Both the position numbers and the translations under genes were made by a program. A stretch of DNA of 62,608 nt, filler included. It is 6 parts of 6 records of this genome, joined end to end, with 100 filler letters (N's around TTAATTAATTAA, not from the genome) between each part and the next. Parts side by side here need not be neighbours in the genome. Positions count along the whole stretch, not along the records: positions 30,023 to 35,751 come from SRR31147125_22712; positions 35,852 to 45,328 come from SRR31147125_22715; 4 more parts are not named here. One strand, given 5' to 3'. Positions 29,923-41,115 of this stretch are shown one piece after another; position 1 is the stretch's first letter, and each line of letters opens with the position of its first letter. A model generated the notes under the pieces. The model was given only the letters and a program-made list of their open reading frames with translations. It had not been told where the DNA came from and did no database searches.

Positions 29923-30022
29923 NNNNNNNNNNNNNNNNNNNNNNNNNNNNNNNNNNNNNNNNNNNNTTAATTAATTAANNNNNNNNNNNNNNNNNNNNNN
30001 NNNNNNNNNNNNNNNNNNNNNN
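29923..30022. other. Artificial contig linker
   Basis: N44-TTAATTAATTAA-N44. Confidence 0.99.
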
Positions 30023-30024
30023 AA

Positions 30025-30627
30025 AAGCGTCAAATTTCCACAATATTTTTTGATGTTGGTGGTGTACTTTTAACAGATTTTATTGAAGCTAAAGTGATGG
30101 ACCTGGCAAAGAAATATAGGGTTGATTCGAATGTGCTATTAAAAGCGAAACAAAAATATCGTCCTCTTGCGGATGAAGGGCGGATAAGCGATCCTGAATT
30201 TTGGCAACAGATGCTCAAAATTGTTAATGTTACTGCAGTAGAAAATGACTGGAATCTTGATGCATACATGGAAGAGATAGACGGAGGAATAGAAATCGCG
30301 AGAAAATTGAAACAGAACGGTTATCGAATTGCCATTCTTTCAAATGATTCAAAACAGATGTCAGAACAAAGAAGAAAAAAATATGGATTTGATGATCTCT
30401 TTCATGAAATAATCATTTCTTGCATGTTTGGTGTTATTAAACCTGATCCAAAGATTTTTGAACTCGCTTTAAATGAGCTAAATGTCCTTCCTCAGCAATG
30501 TGTTTTCATAGATGATCGGAAGGACAATATAAAAACTAGTCAACAAATTGGAATACAATCGGTTTTGTTTGAAAATTCACAACAGGTAATTAATGAATTG
30601 AAAAATATCGGGTTGGAATTACAGTAA
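30025..30627 (+). CDS. HAD-family phosphatase (5'-truncated)
   Basis: FFDVGGV upstream of the track start, LSN, KPDPKIF, VFIDDRKDN. Confidence 0.9.
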   Translation, partial: KRQISTIFFDVGGVLLTDFIEAKVMDLAKKYRVDSNVLLKAKQKYRPLADEGRISDPEFWQQMLKIVNVTAVENDWNLDAYMEEIDGGIEIARKLKQNGYRIAILSNDSKQMSEQRRKKYGFDDLFHEIIISCMFGVIKPDPKIFELALNELNVLPQQCVFIDDRKDNIKTSQQIGIQSVLFENSQQVINELKNIGLELQ

Positions 30628-30669
30628 TCCCAACCAATTATTTTTCTTTCGCAAACTTGGGAGTCTCTC

Positions 30670-31461
30670 ATGAAATATGCTCTTTGTCTTGAAATGCTGT
30701 ATACAGAACATTCTTTTATTGATCGATTACAATTGGCCCAAAATGATGGAATATCGATTTTCGAGTTCTGGGATTGGCGTAACAAAGACCTGGACCTTTT
30801 GCAGAAAAAAATGAATGAACTGGAGATGTCTGTCTGTAATATCAGCGGAAATCGAAATTTTGGAATGATTGATCCAAATGAACGTACTCAATTTATTGAG
30901 GAAGTTACAGAGACGGCTGCAGTAGCCAAAAGGCTTGGCTGTCCGACATTAATGCTCCTTGTTCAGAGTTTAGAAGAAGATGGAGGTGGTAGAGTACCTT
31001 CAGTGGAACTCTCGGGTCAGGAAATAGAAGATAATATTATTGCCTGCGGACAAGAAATGGGTATACTTGCAGACAAGTTTGATCTTGATATCGTCATTGA
31101 ACCATTAAATACTGTGTTGGATCATCCTCGTTATGAACTTTATTCTTCAAGTATGGCCTTTCGAATTATTAATGCTATAAATCATCCCCGGTTTAAAGTA
31201 CTCTATGATATTTATCATATGGCGATGCAGAATGAGAATATCATGAGTGATATCGAAAATAATCTTGAGGCTATTGGTCATTTTCATGTGGCAGATAAAC
31301 CGGGGCGTAATGAACCGGGTACAGGCGATATAAATTATCCACAAATCAGGTCGTTATTAAAAAAACTGAATTATCAGGGAATTATCGGATTTGAGCTTAT
31401 GCCCAAAAATGACGATACTGAACGAGCGATAAAAAGTATTTCTGAGACATTTTTTGACTAG
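30670..31461 (+). CDS. Hydroxypyruvate isomerase-like TIM-barrel sugar isomerase
   Basis: FEFWDW, IEPLN, LYDIYHM, HFHVADKPGRNEPGTGDINY. Confidence 0.88.
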   Translation: MKYALCLEMLYTEHSFIDRLQLAQNDGISIFEFWDWRNKDLDLLQKKMNELEMSVCNISGNRNFGMIDPNERTQFIEEVTETAAVAKRLGCPTLMLLVQSLEEDGGGRVPSVELSGQEIEDNIIACGQEMGILADKFDLDIVIEPLNTVLDHPRYELYSSSMAFRIINAINHPRFKVLYDIYHMAMQNENIMSDIENNLEAIGHFHVADKPGRNEPGTGDINYPQIRSLLKKLNYQGIIGFELMPKNDDTERAIKSISETFFD

Positions 31462-31566
31462 AATACGAGTGAGAATCGATGTGAACTAATTGTAATACTT
31501 GACTTTTGTGCTTTTTATAATGAGGCTAGTCCAACTGACAAGTGTATAAGAAATGGAGAATTAAAA

Positions 31567-33061
31567 TTGAATAATATTACCAGTGACATGTACGCTCATT
31601 TTATTAATGGAGAATCGATACATGACTCAAATTTTTGTATTCCTCATAACAACCCCTCTTCTGGTGAACTTTTAGCAAATGTTCCTAACGCAAACCCAGA
31701 TGTCGTTAACAAGGCAGTACAGTCTGCCAAAAAAGCCTTTGTTAAATGGGCCGCTACTCCTATTGTTAAAAGATCGCAGGTATTCTATCGATATAAAATG
31801 CTTATCGAATCGCATTTTGATGAGATTGCTAAACTAATGAGCCTTGAGCATGGTAAAGTTATAAATGAAGCAAAAGGCTCCCTTAAGCGAGGTCTTGAAG
31901 TTGTTGAACTCGCATGTGGTATGCCAGCTATTTATAAAGGTGAAACGCTCAGAAATGTCGGTGGTGGAGTGGACTATGAAACCCATAGGTTCCCTTTGGG
32001 AGTTTGCGTCGGTATTACTCCGTTTAATTTTCCGGCCATGATTCCGCTATGGATGTTCCCCGTAGCCATAATGGCGGGGAATACCTTTATACTAAAACCC
32101 TCCCCACAAGCCCCTCTTACTTCCCGGAAATTAGTTGAACTGGCATCACAGGCTGGTCTTCCTGATGGTGTACTAAATCTGGTTCATGGTGGCAAAGAGG
32201 TTGTTGATAATTTACTCGTTCATCCTGATGTTGAGGCAATTTCCTTTGTTGGTTCAACGCCTGTGGCAAAACACATTTACCAAACAGGAACGAATGCATG
32301 CAAAAGGGTTCAGGCAGCAGGTGGTGCGAAAAACTATGCATTGGTCATGTTAGATACTCCAATTGAAAATACAGTTCATTCATTGATTTCGTCGGTGTTT
32401 GGCTCTGCTGGCGAACGTTGTATGGCGACCAGTATAGTGATTGGGATGGATGATGCCATTGACCGAATTTTGCCATTTCTTATCGAGTCTGCTCAAAATA
32501 TGAGATTGGGAAGAACTGATGGAGATGATTTGCCTGATTTAGGGCCGGTTATAAGCAAGCAGCATAAAGAGCGTATAGAACGCTATATCCAGACAGGAAT
32601 AAATGAGGGTGCGAAACTCGTGCTTGATGGAAGAAATCCAAAGGTAGATACGGCGCCTGATGGATTTTTTGTAGCTCCAACCATTTTTGATCACGTCGAA
32701 CCAGATATGACAATTGCAAAGGAAGAGATTTTTGGTCCTGTTTTGAGTATGATAAGGGTCAATAATATGGAAGAAGCGATTAACCTCATAAATAAAAGTC
32801 CGTACGGCAATGCTGCTGTAGCGTATACAAATAATGGCAATGTGGCCAGAGAAATCCAGGATCGGGCTGAATGTGGTATGATTGGAATCAACGTTGGAGT
32901 TCCTGCTCCAATGGGCCAGTTTCCATTTTCTGGTTGGAAGAATTCGTTTTTTGGAGATTTACATGTTCAAAGCGGAGAAGGTATAGATTTTTATACAAAA
33001 AAAGAAAGTTATCATGAAAAGGTGGTTTGATTCGGACGAGTTGAACGCAATCGTGTTCTAG
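31567..33061 (+). CDS. iolA: CoA-acylating (methyl)malonate-semialdehyde dehydrogenase; extra A near 32997-33003
   Basis: GITPFNFPAMIPLWMFP, SFVGSTP, GSAGERCMA, EEIFGPV, GWKNSFFGD; removing one A restores FYTKKKVIMKRWF ending at 33061. Confidence 0.9.
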
Positions 33062-33684
33062 CGGAAAATTTAAAACATTTTAATTATAGATATTTATAAT
33101 TAAAGCGTATTTGTAATTGGAAACAACAAGTGCCGTTTACATCAGTTCCAAAAACAACATATATGGTTGTAAAACAGGCAATGGTGCAGGACAAAGGCCA
33201 CAGTGATTTAGGTTTTATGCAGGCCATTAAAGATGTCACATGTAAACTCGCAAAGCTTATAAAGCAATTTTGTTTCGCGGATGTTGTGCTTTTATTGTGA
33301 AGCCTAATTTAGAATCTAATGGTATTATGCCACTGTCTCATTAGTTTTGTTGTAAACTATTTAATGTGGCCGATCTGCAGCATATTACGAATCATTTATT
33401 TATCCAGGAGAATTTATTGTTTTAAATATAATGCCGAAGAATAAGATTTATATTTTTAAGCCTTTGAAATATAATATTAATCTCTGCAGATGAAAAAAGT
33501 TGCTTGTCTTTAATTCAGTGAATTGGGAAATAAATGAGAATATCTATATCTGATTTATTTGAAAAAGCTTTTGGCTACTATGCTATTGTCGCATTTAACA
33601 TATTAACAATTGAAAAGAGGCCTGGACTGTTTAAGGGTGCCCATTAATGAGCATATAATACACAATAGTGTGATATTACATTAA

Positions 33685-33921
33685 ATTCATCCAATTCCTT
33701 TGATTGCCACAACCGTGATTGGATTTGACTTGTTAAAACCAGCAAGTCAATTTTTAAAAATATATAATACTGTTGGTTCCGAGGTCGCAAATCTGCTCGA
33801 AAATATAGTGGTCAGTGGACATTATCAAATATCGTTTAATTTAAAATCACTTTCAAACGGAATTTATTATTATAGATTGTTTTCAAATGATTTTTCCATA
33901 ACAAAAGAAATGATTTTTTAA
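33685..33921 (+). pseudogene. Orphan T9SS type-A-like C-terminal sorting domain remnant
   Basis: IHPIPLIATTVIGFDL...LKIYNTVGSEVANL...GHYQISF...LSNGIYYYRL resembles the NYPNPFNPxTxI...LxSGIYxYxL tail; no cargo domain upstream. Confidence 0.65.
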
Positions 33922-33981
33922 AAATAATGATTTACGATCAATCCATTTTTACGAACTTTTTTTTAAACATAAGGTGCGAAC

Positions 33982-35751
33982 ATGGCAATTATTGATTACG
34001 TTATAGTGACGATATATCTGATCGGAATGGTGACAATTGGATTATGGATGAAAAACAAGGCTGCTCAAGGAATTGATTCCTATTTTCTTGAAATAAGTCT
34101 CTCCCCTGGTGGGCATTGGGTGCCTCAGGTATGTCCTCCAATCTGGATATCAGCGGAACCATGATTATTGTGGCCCTCGTTTACGCGCTTGGTGCAAAAG
34201 GATTCTATATAGAACTTCGGGGTGGCGTGGTTTTGATGATGGCTTTTTTAATGGTTTTTATGGGGAAATGGTACAGGCGCGCCAATGTCATGACATTAGC
34301 TGAATGGATGTCTTTTCGATTTGGTGACGGTAAAGAGGGAAAACTGGCGCGACTGGTAACGGCAATTACAGCGATTATTTTTACCATTGCCATGGTAACA
34401 TATTTTGCAATTGGTGGCGGAAAGTTTTTGGATAAATTTTTGGGAATCCCAAGTATGTGGGGATTACCATCGGAATTTTTAGCTGCGACTATTCTTATTG
34501 CTTTAGCTATGATATATACAGTCGCATCAGGATTATATGGTGTGGTGTGGACGGATGTATTTCAGGGTATTTTAATCTTTTTCGCCGTTATATACATTTC
34601 TGTCAAGGCTTTTAGTATCCAATTACCAGAATCATTTTTCATTTCTCTGCCGATGAAGGATGGCGGATTTCAAAGTTTTCCTACAAGTCTGTCCGAATGG
34701 AGTAGTATCTTGCCAGGTTGGTCTTTAAATATTGATTCCAATAGTACTTATTCCATGTACAACCTTTTTGGGATTGCCATATTCTTTTACATGTTAAAGG
34801 TCATATACGAGGGATGTGGGGGTGCCAACAATTATATGGCTCAACGATATTTTGCAGCCAAGGATGATCGGGAAGCAGGTATGCTGTCTATTTTTTGGAC
34901 CGGTCTTTTATCATTTCGCTGGATCTTTGTAGCAGCCCTGGCGGTCTGGGGCATATCTTTGGGTACTCAAATACAGGATCCAGAGATGGTACTGCCAACA
35001 GTTGTTTCAACTCTGCCGACAGGGATCAAAGGATTTCTTGTTGCCGGTTTTATGGCAGCTGCCATGTCAACGTTTGACTCTACTGTGAATGCCGGCGCCG
35101 CTTATTGGGTAAAGGATATATATAGTGAGTATATTAATCCAAATGCCTCTGAGAAAAAATTAATGCTGCAGAGTTATATGTCGTCAATTTTGATTGTTGT
35201 TATTGGTTTGGCATTAATGCTGGTTGTGAAAAATATAAATGAAGTGTGGGGATGGATTACAATGAGTATTAGTGCCGGTATGCTCTTTCCGTTTCTTGTT
35301 CGATGGTATTGGTGGCGAGTCAATGGCTATGGTTATATGGTCGGATTAGCGTTTGGAACAATTGCCGCAATCGTATGGAAAGTAGTGACCCCCGCTTCAA
35401 TCGCAGATTATTACTCTTTTCTGTTTGCTTCCAGTATTTCTTTGATTGGTCTGATTGTCGGTACATTGTTGACAAAACCAACGGATGATAAGGTGCTGGA
35501 AAATTTTTATAAAGTGACTCGCCCCTTTGGATTCTGGAAAAAATACAAGGAACGTTTAAACACGGATCAAATTCAAAGTATTGATGCAGAAAACCGCCAG
35601 GATATTCGGTCTCTGTTTTTGGCGATTCCATGGCAAATAACCCTTTTTCTGTTTATGATGAGTATTATACTTAAAGATTGGTTGCAAACTTTTGTGTTGG
35701 CTGTGATTGTAATTTTATTAAGTATCGGACTTTATTATAACTGGTATAAAA
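33982..35751 (+). CDS. Sodium:solute symporter (SSS); frameshift near 34090, 3'-truncated
   Basis: IDYVIV..YL, restored YFLGNKSLPWWALGASGM, GVVWTD, AQRYFAAK, AAAMSTFDSTVN. Confidence 0.9.
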
Positions 35752-35851
35752 NNNNNNNNNNNNNNNNNNNNNNNNNNNNNNNNNNNNNNNNNNNNTTAAT
35801 TAATTAANNNNNNNNNNNNNNNNNNNNNNNNNNNNNNNNNNNNNNNNNNNN
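35752..35851. other. Artificial contig linker
   Basis: N44-TTAATTAATTAA-N44. Confidence 0.99.
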
Positions 35852-37108
35852 TGCATCTTCACTAAATATAACCTGTGTTAAACTAATTCCTGCTGACAAT
35901 GTTTGTTCTGCTGGTGTAATTACACTTTCTGCTCTATCTTCATCAATTACTAATGCTGTAGCATTAGCAGTTAAATCAGGTTTGTAGTTTGTTTTTGCTT
36001 TTTTTATTTTTATTTCAGATGTTTCTACTTCTTCTCTAAGTGAAGCTAGCATCGGATTATTATCTAATGCTGACTTAATTATTTCTTCCAAATTTAATGC
36101 CAGTGGAGAATCTACTTCTGGTTCAAAATTTATTAATTTTGATTCTGCTATTACATCCCAACTTGGCCATATGCCTGTTTGCTCAACTGCTTGCATATTT
36201 ATTGCTAACTCAGGTTTAGCTGATGTGATAAATACCGGTAAATCCTCAACCTTATCTCCATCCATTAGTTGAGATAAGTTTACTGCCATAGCTCTTATTC
36301 TCTTACTTGCTTCCTTTTCATAACTATGACCAGCTAAGATTCCGTATTTCATTTTTTCTATTCCAAACATTGAATAACTTGGAATCTTATTTTTATTTAT
36401 AAAATCAAATAGAAAAGTTAATTCACTAATACTTAATTTTTTAATCGGTGCTATAACTACAGCTTCAGATGTTTTAATCTTTTCTTTTACTTCTGCTAAA
36501 TTATTTGTATCAACTTGAACTAGTTCATATTCCATTTCAATTTCATTAGCTTTTAAATAATTTCCAAATATTTTGTCTAAATCAGGAATAATCTCGAGAA
36601 TCTCTTTTCCAATTAAAATTGTTAACTTATTAAAAGTTTTTATTTTTTTAAAATTCTCAAGTTCAGCTTTTATATTAAGGTTTGAAACTATATAATTTAA
36701 ATTTTTAATTCCCGAGAATTTTTTATTATCGAGATTTAATTTTGCATTATTTATTATAAATGGAGCGAATAGTGGTTTATTTATATTTTTCTTCTCCATG
36801 GCTATATATGAAGATAATATACCTCCTGCAACCACTACATTTACTTCATCATCATTTAGTAACATGTCCATTTTGTTTGAAATATCTGTTTTGTTAAAAC
36901 TATCAACCATTTGTTTCTCTTTTGGAAATAAAATTTCGTATTTACTTCCCATTAAATTAACAATCTCAGTTTTAATAGTTTGTTCAATTAATGTGTTTTC
37001 TCTTGTAACTCCGTCATACACAACCCCTATTACTATTTTTTCTTTTTCCATAGAAAAAGTCGTAATAGAAGTCAGTAATAACATCATTAACATCGCAACT
37101 CTCTTCAT
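35852..37108 (-). CDS. TolC-family outer-membrane efflux protein with N-terminal ABC substrate-binding-like domain (3'-truncated)
   Basis: Signal peptide; DGDKVEDLPV...LAINMQAVEQTGI (ABC_sub_bind-like), then LNLEEIIKSALDNNPML...AKTNYKPDL (OEP start). Confidence 0.75.
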
Positions 37109-37152
37109 GTTTTTCTTTCCTCCCTCTCGTAGATAAAAAATTTCACCTTATA

Positions 37153-37172
37153 TACATTCAAGCGTGTATGTA
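37153..37172. promoter_or_regulatory. AcrR/TetR-type operator upstream of the TolC fusion
   Basis: TACATTCA-AGCG-TGTATGTA. Confidence 0.75.
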
Positions 37173-37192
37173 AAATTGCACGCATAAATTAC

Positions 37193-37804
37193 TTATGCTT
37201 TTATAAACTTTACTAAGTTCTCAACTATTATTTTATTATCAAACTCTACATCCAAATATTTTGTTGGAGATAAAGTGATGCTTTCATAGCCAAATATCCA
37301 ACTTATTATAGAAATCATTAAAAATTCTGTTGGCATATCATTTCTAATTTCTCCATTCTTTTGTCCTTTTTCAATAAGATCTCTTAATTTACATGAGATA
37401 ACTTTTTTAAACTCTCCAAATAATTCATTTATTTCCTTTGTGTCGTCTGTTAAAGATATTTTTAACTCAATAACCTTTCGGAATTTCAGGGTTTCGGGAT
37501 TATTAAGAACTTTAACTACATAAGAATTAAGTACTATTTTGATTATTTCTAAAGAACTTCCCTTGCTCTCTTCCACCTCTCTATATACATCATTTAGAAA
37601 CTGGCCAAAATATTTATCCATTAATTCTTTTAAAATATCAAACTTATTTTCGAAATGCCAATAGATTGCTCCACGTGTAACCCCAGCCTTTTTAGCTATG
37701 TTACTTAATGTTGCTGTCGAATAACTTTTCTCTTCAAAAACATCTAAAGCCGCACTTATAATATCTTGTTTGGTTTGTTCGGCTTCCTCCTTTGTTCTTC
37801 TCAT
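37193..37804 (-). CDS. TetR/AcrR-family regulator
   Basis: MRRTKEEAEQTK, IAKKAGVTRGAIYWHFENK. Confidence 0.95.
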   Translation of the reverse strand: MRRTKEEAEQTKQDIISAALDVFEEKSYSTATLSNIAKKAGVTRGAIYWHFENKFDILKELMDKYFGQFLNDVYREVEESKGSSLEIIKIVLNSYVVKVLNNPETLKFRKVIELKISLTDDTKEINELFGEFKKVISCKLRDLIEKGQKNGEIRNDMPTEFLMISIISWIFGYESITLSPTKYLDVEFDNKIIVENLVKFIKA

Positions 37805-37822
37805 ATTACCCCCTTTTATTTA

Positions 37823-37892
37823 TTCATACATGATTGTATGTTATTTTCACACTTATACTAACACAGCCGAATGTAAGTGTCAACAGTGTATG
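37823..37892. promoter_or_regulatory. AcrR/TetR-type autoregulatory operators
   Basis: TTCATACA-TGAT-TGTATGTT (37823-37842), weaker TACTAACA-CAGC-CGAATGTA (37856-37875), plus a TGTATGTT half site. Confidence 0.7.
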
Positions 37893-37937
37893 TTTATTTT
37901 TTCAGCTTAAAAAAATCTAATAAAATAAGTATATAAA

Positions 37938-37970
37938 AACAGATGAACTTTTAATTAAAAATTCATCTGT
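37938..37970 (-). terminator. Stem-loop after the FAD oxidoreductase
   Basis: ACAGATGAA...TTCATCTGT inverted repeat, followed by TTTT on the minus strand. Confidence 0.65.
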
Positions 37971-37981
37971 GTATGTATAAG

Positions 37982-39550
37982 CTATTCTATTATTTCTGAA
38001 AAGATATTATCTACTACTTTTAAACCATCAATTGCTGCTGAAACTATCCCACCAGCATATCCAGCGCCCTCTCCAATTGGATAAAGGTTAAATATATTTA
38101 ATGACCTTCCTTCTTTGTCTCTGGTTATTCTAACAGGTGCAGATGTTCTCGTTTCTGGAGCAATTAGATTAGCTCTTTCAGATATAAAGTATTTATTTTT
38201 ACTCCAGTAATTTAGAGCTTTCTGCATATTTCTATTTACTACTTCAGGAAATAGTTCATTCAAATTATGAGATTGCAACCTCATACCGTAACTAGATTCT
38301 ATCTCTCTATTAGTCTTCTGATTTTTCATATAGTCAAAAACTGGTTGATATAGTGCACCGTAATTACCAATAGTAGCATAAGTCTGTTTTTCCAGTTTTT
38401 CTTGAAATTTAAGTCCTGCAAATAGTTCAGTTCCATAATCCGACTCTTTAACTGCAACAACTAATGCTGAGTTAGAGAACTTTCCATCTCTACCACTATA
38501 ACTCATTCCGTTAACTAAACTTATCCCTGTATCAGATGTAGCATTAACTATCTCTCCACCTGGACACATACAGAATGAAAAGACTCCTCTATTTTCACTT
38601 CTATTATTATACGCATAATTATAAGTCGCTGCTCCCAAATTTGGATGTCCAGCTAACTTTCCATACTGCATCTTGTCTATATCTATTCTTGGATTTTCTA
38701 TTCTGGCACCAACAGCAAAATCCTTATTTTCCATAAACACGCCATGTTTATGCAACGTATAATATGTATCTCTTGCACTATGGCCTATTCCAAGAATTAA
38801 ATGTTCTACTTTAATTTTTTCACTCCCATTTATTTCTATCTCAGATATCCGATTATTTTTTACTTTTATATCAGTTAGTTGAGAGTTAAAATAAAATTTC
38901 CCACCTGCACTTTTGATTTTTTCACGCATATTTTTAACAACTATTTTGAGTATATCTGTTCCAACATGCGGTTTGTAGTGATAAAGTATTTCATCTTGAG
39001 CACCATTCTCAACAAGCTCAGTAAACACCTTATTCATATAACCGCTTCTTACTCTAGTTGTTAGTTTGCCGTCAGAGTAAGTTCCTGCTCCGCCTTCACC
39101 AAACTGTATGTTAGAGTTTCTATTAAGTTCATCATGTTGATAAAACATATCAACTGATTTATCTCTTCTATCTACATCTTCTCCTCTTTCAAAGACAAGA
39201 GGCTCATACCCATACTCTACTAATCTTAGAGCAGCAAACAAACCTGCAGGTCCTGTTCCAATAACTGTAATTTTTCCTTTAAGTTCTTTACTTTTTCTTT
39301 GAGGCTCAACTTTAACATTTGCCTCTCTACAATTCTTTATTCTAGTTATATCTAGCTGTTTTTTTAACTCTATAGAAAGATTATAGATAAATTTTATGTC
39401 ATTTCTTTTTCTACTATCAATCGATCTTTTAATATACTCAATTTTTACTATATTTTCTTTCTTAATTCCTGTTCTCTCTAGATTCTTCAAGATTGCTCTA
39501 TCTTGGTTTTGTTCAACAGGGATTGTTATATTACTTATCTCTATTTTCAT
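37982..39550 (-). CDS. NAD(P)/FAD-dependent oxidoreductase (conserved, uncharacterised)
   Basis: VIGTGPAGL, QFGEGGAGTYSDGKL, FCMCPGG, PETRTSAP, GEGAGYAGGIVSAAIDG. Confidence 0.9.
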   Translation of the reverse strand: MKIEISNITIPVEQNQDRAILKNLERTGIKKENIVKIEYIKRSIDSRKRNDIKFIYNLSIELKKQLDITRIKNCREANVKVEPQRKSKELKGKITVIGTGPAGLFAALRLVEYGYEPLVFERGEDVDRRDKSVDMFYQHDELNRNSNIQFGEGGAGTYSDGKLTTRVRSGYMNKVFTELVENGAQDEILYHYKPHVGTDILKIVVKNMREKIKSAGGKFYFNSQLTDIKVKNNRISEIEINGSEKIKVEHLILGIGHSARDTYYTLHKHGVFMENKDFAVGARIENPRIDIDKMQYGKLAGHPNLGAATYNYAYNNRSENRGVFSFCMCPGGEIVNATSDTGISLVNGMSYSGRDGKFSNSALVVAVKESDYGTELFAGLKFQEKLEKQTYATIGNYGALYQPVFDYMKNQKTNREIESSYGMRLQSHNLNELFPEVVNRNMQKALNYWSKNKYFISERANLIAPETRTSAPVRITRDKEGRSLNIFNLYPIGEGAGYAGGIVSAAIDGLKVVDNIFSEIIE

Positions 39551-39563
39551 ATTTCATTTCCTT

Positions 39564-41115
39564 TTACAACAGTTCTTGTTCCCAATACCGTTCTATTTTA
39601 TTCTGTCTAATTTTACTATACTCTTTAATCTGTTTCTTAACTAGTTTTGATATATATTCTATTTTCTCTTTATCCTCAGGATAATATATGGGAGTTTCTA
39701 GCAGAGGCATTGCGTATAGCTCAAGTATATCTCCCTTCATTTTTCCGTTATGTTGAAACCATTTATAGAAAAATTTAGAGTTCAAATAGCCTAATATGTA
39801 ATATAAGTCAGCAGAAGCATCAATTGCTGTCATATAGTAGATATCGGCACTCCCATAAAATTCGCCTTTATCAAAGGCAAAATCATTATATCTATTTCTC
39901 TGTCTACCAACTATTTTAGGTTTTCTAAAAATATCTTCTGTGCGTGGCCACTGAAGTTCCCACCAATTTATCAACCCTTTTTGGACTTCTCTCCTATTTG
40001 CAAGTTTTTTTCCAAGGAGTTAAATGTTTAATTAATTCCTCACAAGTTTTTTTACTCTTATCAAGGTAAAGTACCCAATATCTATTCTCCTTATTCACTT
40101 TATAATTTAATACATCTGTATTTTTATAAAAAGGTTTAAGATATTTTTTTAATGTTTCGTCATATTCTTTTAAAACAAATGCTTTATCACAACCACTTAC
40201 TATCCCTTGATTAATTTTTAATAAATCCTTTAACAAGTGCGTTCGTCTATTATATATTTTATCCAATACTAATTGCGTTTCTTCATCTGCAAGCAATATC
40301 TTGTTATTATGGTTATATAATTTCTTCTCTTCTAAATAATGGCAATTACCTTCACTATCTATAATCTCAACTCTATTATGTTCTCTGTTTTTCACTAAAC
40401 TAAACACTATATTATGTTGCCCTATGGCTTCTTTAAATACTGACTTATTATAGTCATTGATAAAATAAAAAGAGGTTTCCTCTTTTATTTTTGCTCTCAA
40501 TTTATTTGCATAATCAGCTTTTAACCAATAGTTAGTAGTGATATATGTAATAATCCCATCTTTCTTTAGACAATCAATTCCCTTTTCTATAAAGAAATAA
40601 AGATAATCCATTCTTCCTTCATAGTATTTTTTCCCAAAATTTGTTTCTTTAATCTTTGAAAAAATCTCTTTATTGTTTTTCTCTCCTAAATATGGTGGAT
40701 TTCCAATTAGTATATCATATCTATTCTCTATTTTACATAATAGAGAATTTTTCGAATAAAGCTTTATTTTTTTATTATTTAACTTATATCTGTCAAATAT
40801 AAGTTGTGCTCGAAGTTCAAACTCAGCTAAAGCTTTTTTATCAATATCAAAACCTTCTATCCATTCTTCATTGTAATCATAGTATCCATTATATATTTTA
40901 TGCAATTTTATCAAACTCTCAATTGCATCAACTAATAGATTTCCTGTTCCGCATGATATATCCGCAATTTTGAGTTCATTTAATGCCTTAGATTTGTCTA
41001 TTTTATTCCGAAAGTAATACCTCAAACTTACTGCAAACATATTTCTAGATATATATTTCGGAGTATAAACTTTGTAATTAGTAGTCGTTTTTCTAAGTTC
41101 TTTAATTAAAGACAT
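39564..41115 (-). CDS. N6-adenine DNA methyltransferase (gamma class, Eco57I/TaqI-like); frameshift in the T7 run at 40005-40011
   Basis: VYTP, DISCGTGNLL (motif I), IGNPPY (motif IV), YFFIEKG; second part LANRRE..WWELQWPR...YILGYLNSK (TaqI-like target-recognition domain). Confidence 0.88.

Noticed and set aside
33079-33104. Palindrome TTTAATTATA-N6-TATAATTAAA after iolA
   Set aside because: Arms are all A/T in an AT-rich region; could be chance or a weak terminator
39564-41115. Complete restriction-modification or BREX/DISARM defence system
   Set aside because: No nuclease, helicase or other defence gene is adjacent; the 136-aa ORF is the MTase's own C-terminus
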